Assembly (NCBI GenBank): GCA_035548495.1
Contig: DASZSV010000084.1
Coordinates: forward strand, 21,680-85,679
DNA: 64,000 bases
Reading direction: 5' to 3'
From: Steroidobacteraceae bacterium
Lineage (GTDB): Bacteria; Pseudomonadota; Gammaproteobacteria; Steroidobacterales; Steroidobacteraceae
Under the pieces are notes generated by a model. The model saw nothing but the letters and a program-made list of their open reading frames with translations. It was not told the DNA's origin and ran no database searches. Position numbers and translations under genes: made by a program. The stretch's first letter is position 1. Each line of letters starts with the position of its first letter. Positions 60,558 to 64,000 of the stretch are shown in pieces.

Positions 60558-62276
60558 TCACACCAGTGATATTCCCTTTGGATTGTGCACCACCAGCGTG
60601 CCGGCAATTTTGTCGTGCCAGCCCTGTTTGTGTTCATCAAAGGCAATCCAGAAAAATCCCAGCCCGATCACCATGATCGACAGAAAACATCCGAGACTGC
60701 GGATGATGGCCGTCGGCCAGTCGATGGGACGTCCATCGGCACGCACCACCTGAAGTTTGAAAACGATATCACCAACCGTGGCGCCTCGCAGTTTCCACAT
60801 GACTGCACCATAAATTGCAAGCAGAGTCACTATGACATGATCGGTATCCACGCCAAACCATTTTGGATGAATCACCATGCTGGTAACAATGCCGATGAGA
60901 AATGCATCAATCATCAGCGCGACCATTCTTACCCAGAATCCTGCGCGCGGCAGTTCATTCAACGCAGCTGCATCGTGCGGCGCCGAGGATAAATCAGCGG
61001 TGGAGGATTGCGCCGCATCTGCATGATGTCCTTTATCGGCCAGATCAGCAGAACTTCCCGAAGTGCCAGTCGCACCTTTGCCACCACCATCGCCATCACC
61101 ACGTCGTGATTTGATCTCCAGCAACAATGCATACACCGCCACACCGATACCAAGAAAGCCAAGCACCTTGTAAAGCAGAAAGCTGAGAATGGGGATGGTG
61201 TACAACAACATCATGATCACCCCGCCAATCACAACGGCGATGGCAGGCTGTGATAACACCTCATTGCCCTGCGTACGGAGCAGGCGTCGTCCAATCCATG
61301 CCAGCATCACCACCTTGCCGAAGAACCCGGCAATCATCAATGTCACACCGATAAAGGGAATTGCAATAATCCCGATAATGGTGATGCACAACAGTACAAT
61401 CACAATCGGCAGTCCCACTGTCGCCAGCAATCCGGCAAGCACCACGTGACCGGGCTTTTGCTCCATAACACTCACGCATTGATCCACGGCTCGCGGGAAC
61501 AGCAACGCTGTCAGTGCATACACCGCGAGCGCAATCAACGCCACCCACCATGCCCACATCACATCGAAATCAAAGGCAAGCAAGCGTCCCTTGAACAGGC
61601 AGTTCTGAAGCCATGAATGCAGCCAGTCAAAGCCACCCATACCGAAATGTGGCCCGACGGATTGCACACCACCATGAACCACTGCGGAAGGATCGCGCTT
61701 GACGACACCGCCAACAGCAACTACATTTTGTCCGATGTCCGCATGCGGACCAAGCTCAACATTACCCAGTACGGCAACGACATTCTGTCCGACTTTGTTA
61801 TTGACGTAACTGTTGCCCAATACCGCGACTGCATTTTGATCCACGGTTCCAGTCGCCTTGGTATTACCTAAAACAGAAACAACGTTTTGTGATACATCGC
61901 CTTCATTCGTAGATGACCCAAATACCGAAACCAAATTGTTGGCTTTCTCTCCCGCCTGCAAGTGAGCATCACCAAACACCTGTACATTGTCGCGCTCACT
62001 GGAACCCGAGTTATTGTTGGCCGCATGCATGTTTTCGTCATGATCTGCGTTGCTAGCATCATCATCCTGACTGCTGGCACTGCTCTGCGCTACAGCTGCT
62101 TTGTCATCGGCATTGATGGCCACACTAAGAGAATGCTGATCCGCATGTACTGAAACCGCAGCTGCAGCAGACACATGACCGCTGATCAATACTCCACAAA
62201 ACAACAGGACATACAGCCCGAGACACCACAGCACCGGATTTTTTGCTGCAACAGTTTTGGAAATTGCGCTACTCAT
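60558..62276 (-). CDS. membrane protein with N-terminal bactofilin-like beta-helical repeats, polytopic middle and C-terminal RDD domain
   Basis: Five repeats of the type QNVVAVLGN (about 61690-61965); about six TM; Gly-rich linker; RDD-domain ending WHDKIAGTLVV; TGGAGAAG SD. Confidence 0.75.
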   Translation of the reverse strand: MSSAISKTVAAKNPVLWCLGLYVLLFCGVLISGHVSAAAAVSVHADQHSLSVAINADDKAAVAQSSASSQDDDASNADHDENMHAANNNSGSSERDNVQVFGDAHLQAGEKANNLVSVFGSSTNEGDVSQNVVSVLGNTKATGTVDQNAVAVLGNSYVNNKVGQNVVAVLGNVELGPHADIGQNVVAVGGVVKRDPSAVVHGGVQSVGPHFGMGGFDWLHSWLQNCLFKGRLLAFDFDVMWAWWVALIALAVYALTALLFPRAVDQCVSVMEQKPGHVVLAGLLATVGLPIVIVLLCITIIGIIAIPFIGVTLMIAGFFGKVVMLAWIGRRLLRTQGNEVLSQPAIAVVIGGVIMMLLYTIPILSFLLYKVLGFLGIGVAVYALLLEIKSRRGDGDGGGKGATGTSGSSADLADKGHHADAAQSSTADLSSAPHDAAALNELPRAGFWVRMVALMIDAFLIGIVTSMVIHPKWFGVDTDHVIVTLLAIYGAVMWKLRGATVGDIVFKLQVVRADGRPIDWPTAIIRSLGCFLSIMVIGLGFFWIAFDEHKQGWHDKIAGTLVVHNPKGISLV

Positions 62277-62300
62277 GATCTTCTCCAGTCAAGTTGCAGC

Positions 62301-62765
62301 TTAACGGGCTGCATACAGGGTCTTGTAGGTTGTGACCCCGATACCAAACAACACCAGGTACAGCATCGCAACAACAAAGACTGCACCATATATAAACGAC
62401 ACGGGAATCATGCCGAACAACTGTGATGACACATCATGACTGACTGTCGCAATCGTCCCGACACTCTGTACAAGTGCCGATGACCTGGCTGCGGCGCCGG
62501 TGGAAACCAGCCAGTGTCCACCCACCTTGTCAGCAATCATCAGTGCCAACTTTGCCGCAAGCAATGCGGCCATCACAAACAGCACCTGCGACCACAGCGG
62601 CCAGTGAACAAATGACTTGCGCCACCACGGCAAGGCGGCACGCGCCTGCAACTCACGCATGACGCGCGCCTGCAATGTGGCCGGCGCAGTACGCAACGGC
62701 TGCTGCCGGCAATACTTGCTGACGAACTGTTCCAGTTGTTGAGAAGTCTGGTTATCGGGTTTCAT
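62301..62765 (-). CDS. membrane protein downstream of the ECF sigma (candidate anti-sigma factor, no zf-HC2 motif)
   Basis: ATG 62765 (track start 62774 is GTG); cytoplasmic N-terminus then three hydrophobic segments. Confidence 0.5.
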   Translation of the reverse strand: MKPDNQTSQQLEQFVSKYCRQQPLRTAPATLQARVMRELQARAALPWWRKSFVHWPLWSQVLFVMAALLAAKLALMIADKVGGHWLVSTGAAARSSALVQSVGTIATVSHDVSSQLFGMIPVSFIYGAVFVVAMLYLVLFGIGVTTYKTLYAAR

Positions 62766-62777
62766 GATCAGCACTCT

Positions 62778-63353
62778 TCAGGAAAACTGTTTCACATGAT
62801 GTTGCATGGACTTCGCCAGCGCCGCGCGTCCACGCAAGATATCTGTCTTCAACTTCGACAGCGTGATCCGCAACTGTGCGGCAATATCGTCATAGGACAC
62901 ACCGTCAAAGTGATACATCACCAGCGGTATGCGTTGATGATCCGGCAACTGCATCAGTGCAGCTTCAAACAACATATGCTGCTGTTCCTCACTCAATTTG
63001 TTGAACACGCTGTCATCGCACACATCGTCGGCTGAAAATTCGATATCCACATCATCTGCATCATCGTCCTTGCGGGCAAACTCCGAAAACATCCGCCAGC
63101 GCTTGCGGTATCTTGACAGATGATTCAGGCACAAATTGGTGGCCACAGTCTTCAACCATCCGCCTGCCGAATCGCTGTCACGCAACGTGACAAACTGCTG
63201 GTACGCTTTCGCGAAAACCTCCTGAGCGATGTCCTCGGCCTGACGATCATCACCCAGCAGCCGTGCCGCTGTTGAAAAAACCATGTCCTGATACGCCAGC
63301 ATGAAGCTGGCGAACTCGTCGGCATGAACTGGTTTCTTCTGGGCTGCATTCAT
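62778..63353 (-). CDS. ECF-type RNA polymerase sigma-70 family factor
   Basis: Start moved to MNAAQKKPVHADEF (ATG 63353); region 2 DRQAEDIAQEVFAKAY, region 4 SYDDIAAQLRITLSKLKTDILRGR. Confidence 0.85.
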   Translation of the reverse strand: MNAAQKKPVHADEFASFMLAYQDMVFSTAARLLGDDRQAEDIAQEVFAKAYQQFVTLRDSDSAGGWLKTVATNLCLNHLSRYRKRWRMFSEFARKDDDADDVDIEFSADDVCDDSVFNKLSEEQQHMLFEAALMQLPDHQRIPLVMYHFDGVSYDDIAAQLRITLSKLKTDILRGRAALAKSMQHHVKQFS

Positions 63354-63599
63354 TGCATGGTCTTCGTTTGCTACCAATACACGGCAGAACCGGAAAAGTC
63401 GCACAGGACGAAAATAGGACAAGGGCTCGTGCGCCGCAGCGGCAAGAATAACGGGCATTCAGTCAAATTCTGTCCAATCACAACAGCACCCGTCGCCGTC
63501 CAGCGCGCCGGAATGGCCGTCCATCGTCACCCAAATGACGATGCCGCTGTATTTTTTGCGCGACTGTGCATAATTGCATCTATATACCACGGAGCCGAC

Positions 63600-64000
63600 A
63601 TGACCCCCGCAGATAAACGTGTGATGGAACTGCTGGATCGCTGGCTGACCAGCATTGAGCTGCATCTGAAATATGCCGAACTCGATGACGTCAGTTACCA
63701 GCAAATGCAGCCGTGGCCAAAGCATGAAAGGCCCGCGCGCTGGATCCTGGAACTGGCTCAGCAAAAAGTATTGTCATTACAAACCCTGTGCAAGACACAT
63801 CTTGCCGACAACGACCCTTCCTTCGCCGAAGCGCTGGAGTTGATGTGCTTTCTGGCCAATCTGGTCGGGGCCCAGCACATTCAGCGTTTTATCCCGCTGG
63901 CCATGCCGGAACGGGAAGCCAAACCAGATACCGGCGTGCACCGGGCCATTGCTCTGCAACAGGCCGCGCTCAAACAGGCAGGCCAACCGGCACAATCATC
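63600..64000 (+). CDS. hypothetical protein, 5' part (runs off window end)
   Basis: Not in ORF track; my translation MTPADKRVMELLDRWLTSIELHLKYAELDD... is open for 133 codons to the window edge; GGAG SD 5 nt upstream of ATG 63600. Confidence 0.5.
   Translation, partial: MTPADKRVMELLDRWLTSIELHLKYAELDDVSYQQMQPWPKHERPARWILELAQQKVLSLQTLCKTHLADNDPSFAEALELMCFLANLVGAQHIQRFIPLAMPEREAKPDTGVHRAIALQQAALKQAGQPAQS

Noticed and set aside
63459-63995. Minus-strand ORFs 63459-63764 and 63777-63995
   Set aside because: Both are antisense to the longer plus-strand ORF that starts at 63600 with an SD. Their sequences are Cys/Trp/Gly-rich shadow-frame type.

Overview
This looks like a chromosomal segment of a gammaproteobacterium. 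The block rpoE-rseA-rseB ... lepA-lepB-DUF4845-rnc-era-recO-pdxJ-acpS matches the E. coli/Pseudomonas arrangement; I cannot assign a finer taxon from sequence alone. I call about 60 protein-coding genes, mostly on the minus strand. I found no rRNA, tRNA, CRISPR array, transposase, integrase or phage genes.

Gene content, left to right:
- ispG (3' end), phhB, a secreted six-bladed Kelch propeller, a decayed PCD-like remnant coupled to a GFA-family gene, a secreted metallophosphoesterase and an orphan hypothetical.
- A large PAS-rich hybrid histidine kinase.
- potFGHI, two two-component pairs, then puuA/puuD/puuB.
- A BNR lipoprotein with a small membrane protein, a Cys-rich ORF with queD, rlmL, and lysS-prfB (prfB has its programmed +1 frameshift).
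- An accessory-looking stretch (30.6-40.3 kb): an autotransporter-type barrel, a 1066-aa multi-Ig-like lipoprotein with two C-terminal CXXCH motifs, two secreted alpha/beta hydrolases, a Fic protein overlapping yjbQ, and a small PLDc_N membrane ORF missing from the ORF track.
- A PAS-GGDEF protein with a degenerate active site, nagZ, rlmD, a PolB-like exonuclease and the acpS-to-lepA block.
- A glutaredoxin-like gene, rseB/rseA/rpoE, and ygfX-sdhE-sdhBADC-DUF1674 divergent from ygfZ.
- An ECF sigma operon ending in an RDD/bactofilin-like protein, and a partial ORF running off the right edge.

Three REP-like repeat families populate the intergenic regions. Translational coupling (ATGA, TGATG, TAATG) is common at gene junctions. 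Several M starts in the supplied ORF track are actually GTG or TTG codons. I checked starts by reading the sequence and trimmed many N-terminal over-extensions.

I did not find a clear-cut new multi-gene system such as a defence island. The best candidate for something undescribed is the barrel plus CXXCH-lipoprotein pair at 30617-35567. The degenerate-GGDEF receptor, the ECF/RDD operon and the consolidated SDH-assembly cluster come next.

All functional calls rest on motif and family recognition from memory and on synteny. No database search was run.
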